Source: Candidatus Spongiisociaceae bacterium (lineage in GTDB: Bacteria; Actinomycetota; Acidimicrobiia; Spongiisociales; Spongiisociaceae). Taken from it: a stretch of DNA of 64,000 bases. The DNA lies in assembly GCA_965243835.1 (NCBI GenBank), contig OZ251578.1, forward strand, positions 277,573 through 341,572. The letters are read 5' to 3'. The translations under genes were made by a program, and so were the position numbers. The notes under the pieces were generated by a model. That model saw only the letters and a program-made list of their open reading frames with translations, was not told the origin of the DNA and did not search any database. This document shows, piece by piece, positions 9,658 through 18,960 of the stretch (position 1 is the first letter of the stretch; each line of letters begins with the position of its first letter).

Positions 9658-10874
9658 TGGGCTGGGTGACCGAACACGCCCCCCTGTGGGAGGATCTGAA
9701 CGGGTGCATCCAATGCGGCCTGTGCCTGCCGGTCTGCCCCACTTTCCGACTCACCGGCCAGGAAACCGCCTCCCCCCGGGGCCGGTTGACGGCCATGTCG
9801 GCCGTGGCGTTGGGGATGCCCGTGGACGACCGGTTCGCCGGAATGATGGGATTGTGCCTGCAGTGCCGGGCGTGCGAAACCGCCTGTCCGTCGTTCGTCC
9901 CGTTCGGCCGGGCGATGGAGGGGGCCCGGGCGGAGGTTGCGGCCCAGGCGCCGGGGGCGGGGCGGCGGGTGCGCCGTCTGGTCACCACCCGCTTGTTGCG
10001 CAGCCGCCGCGCCCTGCGTTCTCTCACCCTGCTGGCGGGAGCGGCCCGCCGCACCGGCCTGCACCGGCTGGCCCCCCGAACCATACGGGCTTCCATAACC
10101 GGTTTGCGCCCTCCGCCGCGGCGTCCTCGCCCGGAGCTGGCCCGCCCCGCGGCGGGGCGGTCGCGGGGCCGGGCGGCCCTGCTGACCGGGTGCGTGATGG
10201 ACGTTTGGTTTCCCGAGGTGCACGAGGCGGCGGCGGATTTGCTGGCCCGGGCCGGCTACGAGGTGATCGTCCCCCCCGACCAGACTTGTTGCGGGGCCCT
10301 GGCCGCCCACGACGGCTGGGCGGACGAAGCCCGGCGGATGGCGGCGGTCAACCGGGAGGCTTTCCGGGAAGCCGACCTGGTGGTGGCCGACGCCGCCGGG
10401 TGCGGGGCCCATTTGAAGGAATACGGACATTGGACGGAAGGCGGAGAGGAGTTGGCGGCCAAGACGGCGGACATCACCGAGGTGGTGGCGGAGGCGATCG
10501 CCGACGGGCGGTTGCCCCGGTTGCCGGAGGGGGGGAGGGAGGCGGCGGTGCAGGACCCGTGCCATCTGCGCCACGCGCAACGCATCGTCGACCAGCCCCG
10601 GGCGGTGCTGGCCGCGGCCGGTTTGCGTCCGGTGGAGATCGACCCGGGCGGGCAGTGTTGCGGAGCGGCCGGCCTGTACTCCGCGTTGGAACCGGAGATG
10701 TCGGCCATGCTGGGCCGGGCCAAGGCCGACCAGGTGCGGGTCAGCGGGGCGGACACGGTGGCTTCCGCCAACCCGGGATGCGAAATCCAGTTGCGGACTT
10801 TCCTGGGCCGGGAGGCGAGGGTGGCCCATCCGGTGGAGTTGTACCGGGAGGCGTTGGCGGAGGCGGGCCGGTGA
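9657..10874 (+). CDS. glcF: Glycolate oxidase iron-sulfur subunit GlcF
   Basis: Two 4Fe-4S motifs (CIQCGLCLPVCP, CLQCRACETACP) and CCG cysteine-rich domains; 1-nt overlap with glcE. Confidence 0.85.
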   Translation: MGWVTEHAPLWEDLNGCIQCGLCLPVCPTFRLTGQETASPRGRLTAMSAVALGMPVDDRFAGMMGLCLQCRACETACPSFVPFGRAMEGARAEVAAQAPGAGRRVRRLVTTRLLRSRRALRSLTLLAGAARRTGLHRLAPRTIRASITGLRPPPRRPRPELARPAAGRSRGRAALLTGCVMDVWFPEVHEAAADLLARAGYEVIVPPDQTCCGALAAHDGWADEARRMAAVNREAFREADLVVADAAGCGAHLKEYGHWTEGGEELAAKTADITEVVAEAIADGRLPRLPEGGREAAVQDPCHLRHAQRIVDQPRAVLAAAGLRPVEIDPGGQCCGAAGLYSALEPEMSAMLGRAKADQVRVSGADTVASANPGCEIQLRTFLGREARVAHPVELYREALAEAGR

Positions 10875-11506
10875 GCGGGTTGCGGGACGGCTGGTCCCGT
10901 CTGCGGTCGGGGGAGGGGATGCCCGGTTTCCTGCAAGCCGGTTCGGAGTTCCGCCGCTGGGCGGGGCTGTCCCTGCGTTCGCTGCGCACCGTGTGGGGGG
11001 TGGGGTTGGCGGTGGCGGGGACGGCGGTGACCGGAGCCGGGCTGGGCTTGTTGCTGCACGGGACCGGGGTGCGGACGTTGGACATGGCCCGGCCGGATTC
11101 CGAGGCCCTGTCGTCTGGGTTGGTGACCGCCCTCATCGGGACTTTTTTGCTGGGGCTGGCGGTGGAAAGCGGCCTGCGGGTCTTGGAGGACGCGCCCGGT
11201 GTCAAGGCCTGGGAGTCGGCGTTGGCGGCGGCGGCGGGCCTGGTGGCCTTCGTTCCGGTGACGTGGCTGTTGGCCGGGTTCGCCGACCGCCTGGTCGTCT
11301 TCTCCGACCTGTTCGGTTTAATCCCGGAGCAGCTTTTCCTGGTGGGGCGGAGCGGCGTTTCGGCGGCTCTGGCGGCGGGGGTTCCGCTGATGTGGCTGTT
11401 GCGGCATTTCGCCTCCCCCCGCTGGCGGGAGCACGCCCCGGCCCTGCTGTACGCGGCCTGGCTGACCGGTTTCATCTGGCTGTACCGCCCCCTCCTCCCC
11501 GCCTGA
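10871..11506 (+). CDS. Hypothetical polytopic membrane protein
   Basis: GTG start overlapping the glcF stop; several hydrophobic helices; its 3' end is the template for a degenerate copy at 11888-12015. Confidence 0.5.
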   Translation: MSGLRDGWSRLRSGEGMPGFLQAGSEFRRWAGLSLRSLRTVWGVGLAVAGTAVTGAGLGLLLHGTGVRTLDMARPDSEALSSGLVTALIGTFLLGLAVESGLRVLEDAPGVKAWESALAAAAGLVAFVPVTWLLAGFADRLVVFSDLFGLIPEQLFLVGRSGVSAALAAGVPLMWLLRHFASPRWREHAPALLYAAWLTGFIWLYRPLLPA

Positions 11507-11530
11507 CCGCCCATCCCGCGTAACGCCCCG

Positions 11531-11600
11531 CATAGAAACGACCCGCCCCCGGAGGGACGGGCCGTTTTAACCATAGGCATGCCTATGGCGCAGTTCTGAC
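11531..11600. repeat. R1 bipartite palindromic repeat (hairpin aaacgacccgcccc..gggacgggccgttt plus perfect palindrome ccataggcatgcctatgg)
   Basis: Three copies in this intergenic region (R1-R3). Confidence 0.8.
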
Positions 11601-11727
11601 GAGAAAGTATAGACGCCCGAAGGAACCCGTCAAGCCCTTCCCGCGTCGTCGGCAGTCGCGGGTGGAGCGGCAACGTCTGTTGCGGGTTACGACAGCGATG
11701 GGACAAGTGCCGGGGGCAGGCCCCCGT

Positions 11728-11796
11728 CATAGAAATGACCCGCCCCCGAAGGGACGGGTCATTCTGCCATGAGCGTACCCATGGCTGTGATGCGAC
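11728..11796. repeat. R2 copy of the same bipartite palindromic repeat (more diverged)
   Basis: catagaaatgacccgcccccgaagggacgggtcatt...gccatgagcgtacccatggc. Confidence 0.7.
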
Positions 11797-11887
11797 ATAC
11801 AAGTATACATGACCGCGACAACCCCGTCAATTCGGTTTCTCCGCTATCGACGTAACGGTGGGCGACGCCTGCTGCCGCAGGACGGGG

Positions 11888-12015
11888 GATTCCGTTGAGG
11901 CGGTTGTTGCGGCGCTTCGCCTCTCCCCGCTGGCAGGAGCGCGCCCCTGCGTCGCCGCCTGCGGGACGGCTGTCCGGTTTCATCCGGGCGTACCGCCCCC
12001 TCCTCCCCGCCTGGG
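11888..12015 (+). pseudogene. Degenerate (~80% identical) duplicate of the last ~125 nt of the upstream membrane-protein gene (11380-11506)
   Basis: gttgcggcgcttcgcctctccccgctggcaggagc...ccggtttcatccgggcgtaccgccccctcctccccgcctgg against the original gttgcggcatttcgcctccccccgctggcgggagc...ccggtttcatctggctgtaccgccccctcctccccgcctga. Confidence 0.7.
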
Positions 12016-12089
12016 CCTCCGGTCCCGCATACGCCCGGCCCGGGTTTATCATGACGGCTACGGCATAACCGCTGGGGTCCGGTTCCCGA

Positions 12090-12159
12090 CATAGAAACGA
12101 CCCGCCCCCGGAGGGACGGGCCGTTTTAACCATAGGTATACCTATGGCGCAGTTCTGAC
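12090..12159. repeat. R3 copy of the bipartite palindromic repeat; its tail supplies the RBS of the NYN gene
   Basis: Same hairpin; the second palindrome ccataggtatacctatgg carries compensatory changes relative to R1. Confidence 0.8.
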
Positions 12160-12171
12160 AAAGGAGTATAG

Positions 12172-12834
12172 GTGTCTGAAAACCATCTGTCAAATCGGTC
12201 ACGCGTATTCGGCTATGTGGATGGCTACAACGTCTACTACGGATTGCTGAGCAAAGGCTGGAAAAGGTTCTACTGGCTTGATTTACGGGCTTTGTTCACC
12301 ACTCTCTTGCTTCCGGGCGATGAGCTGGTTGCTGTCAAGTATTTCACCGCTAGAGGGCGAGGCCCCCAAGACTCCAACCGTCGCCAAGCTATTTACTTAG
12401 GGGCTCTCTCCTCGTCAGGCGGAGTGGAGATAATCAGCGGCCGGTTCGCCAGGCGGACGCGTAAGCACTGTTCCTACTGCGGGAATTATCTTCAGTGCCT
12501 GAAGTGCGAACGCAGCGACAGGCGGAACCAGGAAAAAACGACCGATGTCGCTATCGGCGTTAATTTGGTTGCGGATGCGCACGAAGGGCTGTACGACAAG
12601 GCCTTTCTGATGACCGGCGACAGCGACCTCATACCGGCGGTCAAGCATGTGGTGGACAGGTTGGGTAAAAGGGTGGTCGTTACCCCGCCGCCCGGACGAA
12701 GATCTGATCACCTGAATGAGGTGGGCTCCGGGGTGGCGTACTTTTCCGTCGGGGCCTTTAGGCGATCCCAGTTGCCGGAAGTGGTGATGGGGAGCGGGGG
12801 GCGGGAGTATCGGCGACCCGCCGCGTGGAGATGA
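12172..12834 (+). CDS. NYN/LabA-like (PIN-fold) nuclease domain protein with central zinc ribbon
   Basis: GTG start with aaggag RBS; FGYVDGYNVYY and TDVAIGVNLVADAHEGLYDKAFLMTGDSDLIPAV (NYN); CSYCGNYLQCLKCE. Confidence 0.7.
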   Translation: MSENHLSNRSRVFGYVDGYNVYYGLLSKGWKRFYWLDLRALFTTLLLPGDELVAVKYFTARGRGPQDSNRRQAIYLGALSSSGGVEIISGRFARRTRKHCSYCGNYLQCLKCERSDRRNQEKTTDVAIGVNLVADAHEGLYDKAFLMTGDSDLIPAVKHVVDRLGKRVVVTPPPGRRSDHLNEVGSGVAYFSVGAFRRSQLPEVVMGSGGREYRRPAAWR

Positions 12835-12844
12835 CGACGCCGGG

Positions 12845-14611
12845 TTACATCCGGTCGGGAATTTCGATGCCCAGCAGGTCCAGCAACAGTTCCAGGGCGC
12901 GGCGGACGACGGCGACCAGGGTAAGCCAAGAGGCCCGCCGGTGCGGGTCGGGTTCGGTGAGGATGTGGCAGGATTCGTAGAAGGAACTGAACCCGGCGGC
13001 CAGTTGGTATGCGTATTCGGCCAGCTGGTTGGGTGCCCGCAACTCCTCCGCCCGTTCCAGGGCTTCCGGCAGGGCCAGCAGATGCAACCACAGGCGCCGT
13101 TCCGGGCCGGCGTCGGGGGCGATGACCGGGCCGGGGGACAGGTCGCGCTCCCCGGCTTTGGCGAGGATGGAGGCCATCCGCACCGCCGCCATCTGCAGGT
13201 AGGGGCCGGTTTTGCCTTCCAGGGAGGTGAACCGTTTCGGTTGGAACACGTAGTTGGAGGTCCGGTTGTTGATCAGGTCCCCGAATTTGAGGGCGGCCAA
13301 GCCCACCTGCCGGGAGATGCGGTCCCGTTCCGCGTCCGGGTAGTCGGCGGCCAGGTCCGATTCGTCCAGTCGCCGGCGGGCTTCTTCGGCCACCAGCCGG
13401 ATCAGATCCTGCAAGGCCAGCACCTCCCCGGCCCGGGTTTTGTAGGGTTTGCCGTCTTTGCCGTTCATCGTCCCGAACGGGATGTGCTCCATCCGGGCGC
13501 GGGGGGCGATGCCGGTGCGCCGGGCGGCCCGGAACACCTGGGTGAAATGGTAGGACTGGCGGGCGTCCACCACGTACAGGATCAGGTCGGCCTCCAGCTC
13601 CTCGACCCGCATCCCAATGGCGGCCAGGTCGGTGGTGGAGTACAGGTAAGCCCCGCGCGAGGTGCGGACGACCAGCGGCGCGATTTCGGTTTTGTCGTCT
13701 TCTTCGGCTACTTCTACGACCACCGCCCCCTCCGACTCGCGGGCGACCCCGGCGGCGAGGGCGCCTTCCACCAGGGGGGCGAGGCGGTCCCGCACATCGC
13801 TTTCCCCATGCCACAAATCGAATTCCACTCCCAGGTCGGCGAAGTCCCGCTTTTGGGAGCGGCGGGAAACGGTCACGAAATGGTTCCACAGGGCTAGGTA
13901 GCCGGGGCGTCCCGCCTGCAGTTCGCCGGTGGCCCGGCGGGCGGCATCGGCGGTTTCCTCGTCGCGCTCGGCTTGGGCGGCGATCTGCGGATACCATTCC
14001 TGCAGGTCGGCCAGCGCGACCGGGGGTTCCTCCGGGTAGGGGCCGGAGCGGTCGGGGTCGAAGTAGGGGAGGTCGGGGAGGCGCCGTTGGGCGGCCACGA
14101 TCAGCATTCCCATCTGCAGGCCCCAGTCCCCGAAGTGGGCGTCCCCCCACACCCGGTGGCCGCGGAACCGGAGCAGGCGCTTCAGGCTGTCGCCGATGAT
14201 GGTGGAGCGCAAATGTCCGACATGCATGGCTTTGGCCACATTGGGCCCGGCGTAATCCACCACGATGTTGAGGGGATTTTCCACCGGCGGCGCCCCCGCC
14301 CGTTGCGGGTCGGCGGCCACCCGGTTCGCATATTCGGCCAAGGCGCGGTCGGTGAGGGAGAGGTTGATGAACCCGGGCCCCGCTACCGAGGCCTCGGCCA
14401 GCCGCGGGTCATCGGCGAGGCGGGCCGCCGCCTGTTCCGCCACCTCCCGGGGATTGCGCCCCCCGGATTTGGCGGCGGGCAGGGCCCCGTTGCATTGGAA
14501 CTGCCCCAAGTCCGGCCGGTTGGACGCCACTACCAACCCGTACCCGGGGTCGAACCCCAAGTCGGCGAAGGCGTTCCCCAGCAGGGCGGAGAGGTCGGAC
14601 AGCACGCTCAT
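12845..14611 (-). CDS. argS: Arginine--tRNA ligase
   Basis: 588 aa; class I aaRS HIGH-like motif (PNVAKAMHVGHLRST) and DALR anticodon-binding C-terminus. Confidence 0.9.
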   Translation of the reverse strand: MSVLSDLSALLGNAFADLGFDPGYGLVVASNRPDLGQFQCNGALPAAKSGGRNPREVAEQAAARLADDPRLAEASVAGPGFINLSLTDRALAEYANRVAADPQRAGAPPVENPLNIVVDYAGPNVAKAMHVGHLRSTIIGDSLKRLLRFRGHRVWGDAHFGDWGLQMGMLIVAAQRRLPDLPYFDPDRSGPYPEEPPVALADLQEWYPQIAAQAERDEETADAARRATGELQAGRPGYLALWNHFVTVSRRSQKRDFADLGVEFDLWHGESDVRDRLAPLVEGALAAGVARESEGAVVVEVAEEDDKTEIAPLVVRTSRGAYLYSTTDLAAIGMRVEELEADLILYVVDARQSYHFTQVFRAARRTGIAPRARMEHIPFGTMNGKDGKPYKTRAGEVLALQDLIRLVAEEARRRLDESDLAADYPDAERDRISRQVGLAALKFGDLINNRTSNYVFQPKRFTSLEGKTGPYLQMAAVRMASILAKAGERDLSPGPVIAPDAGPERRLWLHLLALPEALERAEELRAPNQLAEYAYQLAAGFSSFYESCHILTEPDPHRRASWLTLVAVVRRALELLLDLLGIEIPDRM

Positions 14612-14694
14612 GGCCTCCCAGCCTAAACCACCCGCCCGCCTACCGGGACCGCTATACTTTTAACCCTTGGTAACCGCCCAACAGGAACAGGCAG

Positions 14695-16686
14695 ATGCCG
14701 CTACGTGAAACCCTGGACAACATCCGCAACGGACCCACCCCCGGCAACGAGGAGTCGGCCAAGATGTGGATTCTGGTTCCCATCCTTCAGGATTTGGGTT
14801 GGCAACCGTTTGATATCCAGTGGGAATATCAGGTGGGCCGGAGCAAAGGAAGGGTGGATGCCGCCCTAACTGGGCCAAAGGGAGTTACGGCTTTCATCGA
14901 AGCCAAAGCCCCCGGCAACCGTTTGGACGATCACGTCGAGCAGGTTTTGGGATACGCGTTCCAGGAGGGGGCGAACATCTGCGCGCTGACCACCGGCCTG
15001 GAGTGGTGGTTGTACCTGCCCGCCGAGACGGACTACAACTTCGACGAACGCCGTTTCGCCGAGTTGCGTCTCAAGGACGACCCGGTGGAACAACTGGCCA
15101 CCGATTTCGTCGCCTTCCTAGGCAAGGAAACATTATTAGACGGAGAAGCCGAGAAAAAGGCCAAGCAAGTCCTAAAAGCCCGCCGCGAGGCCGAACACTT
15201 GGACAAGGAGGTCCCCGGCATCTGGCGCGAAATGCTGGTAACCCCCGACGAAGAGCTGATAGAGCTGGTAAGCAAACGCGTCTACGAAAAAACTAACCTC
15301 CGCCCCACCTCTCAACAGGTAAACTTCGCCCTCACAGGCCGCCTTTCCCCACCCTCTACCAGCCCACGACGACCCGTTGACCCCCCAAATAAAGAGATTA
15401 AACCACCAACCAGCACGCCAGGACCTACGGCGATTCGATTGTGGGGAGAGACACAATCAGTTAAAAGCAATGCGGATATTCTTAGATGCGTTATTGATGG
15501 TCTTCTCGAACGAGGTGAGACTGAGTTTGAGAATATACCTGGAATAGGCGGTATCACTCGTACTCCTTATCAGCCCAAAATGAAGGATTATTATCAAGTG
15601 GGCTCCACCGGCATTTACTTTGTTACAGGAAAGGGCAGAGCCGTTATTGAAGATACTTATCGGCTATTAGAACACTTTGATTATACCCGTTCAGATTTAG
15701 AAATTATATATGGCAAGATGCCTCCACCAAATGGTATGAAATTGTGGGGAAAATACTATCAAGTTAAATCTTGGATTAGCATTTTGGATATTGTAGTAGA
15801 TTCTCTCTATGAACGCCATGGACACAATTTTGAACCTGGACTCGAGCTTCGTAATCAAAGAGGACCTTATATTTCTCGGGAATCTTCAGATATAGAAAGG
15901 CCCCGTCAGGTAGGCGCAAAGGATCTCTATTTGGATCGTAACATCGGACATTTGGAGGTTAAAGAACGCGCCAAAGAATTGCTTGAGGCTTTTGGATACA
16001 AAGCTTCTGATCTAGAAATTATAGAGAAAGAAAAAGCAAGCGGCTTTGAGTTCTTGGGTAAATACCATGAGGTGAAGCACAATTATCAAGTGCTGGTTGG
16101 TGTCGCCGAAGTTCTCTTCGAACAGCATGGTAACGATTTTGAAGGGGCCCTTGATTTGAAAGGTATATTACGTAAACCTGAGAGTGTCTCTCCTAAAAAT
16201 TATCGCGAAGTGGGCTCTTCGGGTATTTTTGTGAGATTGCCGGACGCTAAATTTTTTTCTAGGTCTTATCAATTGGTAGAATACTTTGGGTATAAAGCCA
16301 GTGCTTTAAGAATTGATACTACAACAGGTTCAGTAAATTATTCTACATTAGATATATCCAGAAGCAAGAGATATGTAAAGCCGGTTCGTATTAGACTGTT
16401 TGACGAGTACCATAAAGTCAAACTATGGAAAGAGATAATAATGCGGCTTGCGGATGTGCTTTATAGACGGCATCGCTCTGATTTTGATCGTGTGTTGGGT
16501 TTAGGGACTGAAAAGAACCCTTATGCTTCTCGCCTTTCTGTAGTGTTGGAGTCAGCGTATGAAGTTGGTAATTCGGGTATTTATATCGAAACAGGGCTAA
16601 GTTCCGATAATGTCAAAAGGCGCTCCAAGAAATTGTTAGAAGAATTCGGATACAAACCCGAAGAGTTAGAAATACTGTTTGATTAG
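14695..16686 (+). CDS. HsdR_N-like (PD-(D/E)XK) nuclease domain protein with Pro/Thr linker and four tandem copies of a novel ~85-aa module
   Basis: N-terminus EYQVGRSKGRVDAALTG...AFIEAKAPG...ALTTGLEWWLY matches the Type I R-subunit N-terminal fold. Four repeats carry (W/F)G.Y..VK......LY.RH..dFe then Y.VGsSGIY....LLE.FGY...L.I. The repeat region is about 40% GC. Confidence 0.75.
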   Translation: MPLRETLDNIRNGPTPGNEESAKMWILVPILQDLGWQPFDIQWEYQVGRSKGRVDAALTGPKGVTAFIEAKAPGNRLDDHVEQVLGYAFQEGANICALTTGLEWWLYLPAETDYNFDERRFAELRLKDDPVEQLATDFVAFLGKETLLDGEAEKKAKQVLKARREAEHLDKEVPGIWREMLVTPDEELIELVSKRVYEKTNLRPTSQQVNFALTGRLSPPSTSPRRPVDPPNKEIKPPTSTPGPTAIRLWGETQSVKSNADILRCVIDGLLERGETEFENIPGIGGITRTPYQPKMKDYYQVGSTGIYFVTGKGRAVIEDTYRLLEHFDYTRSDLEIIYGKMPPPNGMKLWGKYYQVKSWISILDIVVDSLYERHGHNFEPGLELRNQRGPYISRESSDIERPRQVGAKDLYLDRNIGHLEVKERAKELLEAFGYKASDLEIIEKEKASGFEFLGKYHEVKHNYQVLVGVAEVLFEQHGNDFEGALDLKGILRKPESVSPKNYREVGSSGIFVRLPDAKFFSRSYQLVEYFGYKASALRIDTTTGSVNYSTLDISRSKRYVKPVRIRLFDEYHKVKLWKEIIMRLADVLYRRHRSDFDRVLGLGTEKNPYASRLSVVLESAYEVGNSGIYIETGLSSDNVKRRSKKLLEEFGYKPEELEILFD

Positions 16687-16701
16687 AAAGGAAGGAACAG
16701 T

Positions 16702-18960
16702 ATGTCTGGCTTGATTGACGTTAAATTGATAGACGGTACGGCGCGTACTATACGTGAGCTGTTTACCGGGCGTAAGTACGGGATAGAGTACTACCAGCGT
16801 GAATACACTTGGACGGAGTCCAATGTGGTGGAGTTGCTTGATGACCTAACCACTCGTTTTCTGGATGAATATACGGAAGGCGATGAGCGTCATAAGGTCG
16901 CCTCTTACCGTTATTATTTCCTGGGACCAATAGTTACCAACCTATCCGAAGAAGGGATACGTTACTTGGTGGATGGACAGCAACGCCTTACTACCCTAAC
17001 CTTATTGTTGATTTGTCTAGATCATATGTCTAAAGATGAGGATGGGGTGGAAAGTTTGGAACAGTTAGTTTATTCGCAAAAGTTCGGTTCACGCACATTT
17101 AACATAAACGTAGACGAGCGTGAAGAAGTGATGGCTACTATTCTGGATGGTTCTTCCTCTTTTGATACGGAGGACAAGTCGATATCGGTTCGCAATATAT
17201 GGGAGAGATATCAGAATGTAGTGGATCATTTTCCTGAAGAACTCAAAGGAGAATCATTAGTGTTTTTTATTGATTGGTTACTGGAACGGGTGGTACTAGT
17301 CGAGATAGGCACCACCGACCAGGATATGGCATTAGAGGTTTTTGAAACAATGAACGACCGGGGTTTGCGTTTATCCAATACCGATATGTTGAAAGCTTTT
17401 CTACTGAGCAAACTTGACGACCGTCAGCGAATTGAAAAGACGAACGAGCTATGGCGTAATCGTATAACGGAGCTGGCAGATTTAGATAAGAATGCTGACT
17501 CGGATTTTCTGAAGCATTGGTTACGCGGGCATTACGCCGATTCAATCCGGGAACAGAAACGGGGTGCTACTCCACGCGACTTCGATATAATTGGTACCGC
17601 GTATCATAAATGGGTGCGCGATAATTGTGAAAGAATAGGGTTGTATAATTCTAGTGATTTCATGGGTTTTGCCTATCAAGACTTTGACCGAATGAGCAAT
17701 AGATACAAGCAACTTCTGCAGGCTAGCTGGGAAATGACCCCTGGTTTGGAGCACTTATTTTACAACGCCACAGTGGGAATAACACTCCAATACTTGCCTA
17801 TTATAGCGGCTTTAACTCCCGATGATGATGAAGAAATTTTTCGATCAAAAACTCGTCTTATATCTGCTTATATTGACTTGTGGATGGCGAGGCTTATGGT
17901 TAACTATCGTAACTATGGATATTCAACTATTTTACATAGAATGTTTCGATTGAGTAAAGAACTCCGTAATCGAGAATTGCATGAAGTTCAAGAAATATTG
18001 GCGAATTGGGTAGCTGGCTTACCAGATTCCTTTGAGGGCGTTATGCATTTTCGGCTTCACGGTCAGAATCGTTGGCGCATTAAATACTTGTTGTCACGGA
18101 TGACAGCTTGGGTTGAGGCGAATTGCGACGGTAGCGGTCAGTTTGTTGATTATATGGATTCACAACGCCAAAGCCCTTATGAGGTGGAACATATTTGGGC
18201 TAATAAATACGCTCGACATATAGATGAGTTTGACAGCCCGGATGACTTCGATCGTAGTAGAAATCGTTTTGGTGCTTTAGTGCTTTTACCGAAGAGTTTC
18301 AACGCCAGCTATGGTGATAAGCCTTATTCAGAAAAGGTAGAACATTATTACGGTCAGAATTTATTGGCACGGTCGCTTCACCCTAGAACCTACGAGAATA
18401 ATCCTTCTTTTAAAGGATTTATAGCGAAGACAGGGTTGCCTTTTAAACCTTATCCCGATTCTTTTACAAAGGATAATATAGAAGAGAGACAGGATTTGTA
18501 TCGTCAGATTTGTGAGCAGATTTGGGATCCGGACACCTTGGGTTTGGGCGGAGGCGCATCACAATCAATCCCTAAAAGTACTAACCCTAAAATGACTAAA
18601 AGAAATATGTCTACATATGACATTTTGGGATTGGAGTTGTTTGGTGAATATTATCAGGCGGAACATAAATACCCAAAATACCAAGTACTACAAATTGTTG
18701 CTGATGAAGTCTACAAGAGGCACCGTGATGATTTTCATCGGGCGTTGGAGATCGGCGGCTTTGTAAGTGAGCCTTCTCCTCAAAACCCTGATGAATATTA
18801 TAAGATAGGGTCATCGGGAGTATATGTTCTTGCCGCCTCGGGGCTTTTTGATAAGTCGTATAAACTATTGGACCTTTTTGGTTACCAACGGGGGGCTCTT
18901 AGAATTGACACTTCGGAAGGGCCCATCAACCCTTCAACTTATGAGGTGGATGATGAGTAG
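16702..18960 (+). CDS. DUF262/DUF1524 (GmrSD/BrxU-like) Type IV restriction-type protein with one C-terminal copy of the shared module
   Basis: DUF262 hallmark YLVDGQQRLTTLTLLL; DUF1524 His-Me motif YEVEHIWANKYARH; C-terminal LGLELFGEYYQAEHKYPKYQVLQIVADEVYKRHRDDF...YYKIGSSGVYVL...LLDLFGYQRGALRI; RBS gaaaggaagg 7 nt upstream. Confidence 0.8.
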   Translation: MSGLIDVKLIDGTARTIRELFTGRKYGIEYYQREYTWTESNVVELLDDLTTRFLDEYTEGDERHKVASYRYYFLGPIVTNLSEEGIRYLVDGQQRLTTLTLLLICLDHMSKDEDGVESLEQLVYSQKFGSRTFNINVDEREEVMATILDGSSSFDTEDKSISVRNIWERYQNVVDHFPEELKGESLVFFIDWLLERVVLVEIGTTDQDMALEVFETMNDRGLRLSNTDMLKAFLLSKLDDRQRIEKTNELWRNRITELADLDKNADSDFLKHWLRGHYADSIREQKRGATPRDFDIIGTAYHKWVRDNCERIGLYNSSDFMGFAYQDFDRMSNRYKQLLQASWEMTPGLEHLFYNATVGITLQYLPIIAALTPDDDEEIFRSKTRLISAYIDLWMARLMVNYRNYGYSTILHRMFRLSKELRNRELHEVQEILANWVAGLPDSFEGVMHFRLHGQNRWRIKYLLSRMTAWVEANCDGSGQFVDYMDSQRQSPYEVEHIWANKYARHIDEFDSPDDFDRSRNRFGALVLLPKSFNASYGDKPYSEKVEHYYGQNLLARSLHPRTYENNPSFKGFIAKTGLPFKPYPDSFTKDNIEERQDLYRQICEQIWDPDTLGLGGGASQSIPKSTNPKMTKRNMSTYDILGLELFGEYYQAEHKYPKYQVLQIVADEVYKRHRDDFHRALEIGGFVSEPSPQNPDEYYKIGSSGVYVLAASGLFDKSYKLLDLFGYQRGALRIDTSEGPINPSTYEVDDE

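Noticed and set aside
9405-11802. Long minus-strand ORFs 9405-10829 and 10741-11802 and plus-strand ORF 9686-10870
   Set aside because: Alternative frames or antisense of glcE/glcF and the membrane-protein gene. Arg/Pro/Gly-rich low-complexity translations typical of spurious high-GC ORFs.
11531-12159. Integron attC array interpretation of the R1-R3 repeats
   Set aside because: No integron integrase, no GTTRRRY core sites, and the intervening segments are not ORF cassettes.
12708-14150. 480-aa minus-strand ORF in another frame of argS
   Set aside because: Overlaps argS, whose frame gives a clean class I tRNA-ligase match.
15590-15640. GIY-YIG nuclease motif in module B (SGIYF)
   Set aside because: Only a GIY tripeptide. 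No downstream YIG, Arg or Glu catalytic residues, and the order VG-SGIY does not fit the GIY-YIG beta-hairpin.
18824-18949. Upstream extension of the murA ORF to the first in-frame Met at 18824
   Set aside because: That region is the 3' end of the DUF262/DUF1524 gene in another frame. The MurA N-terminal consensus begins at the ATG pair at 18950/18953.
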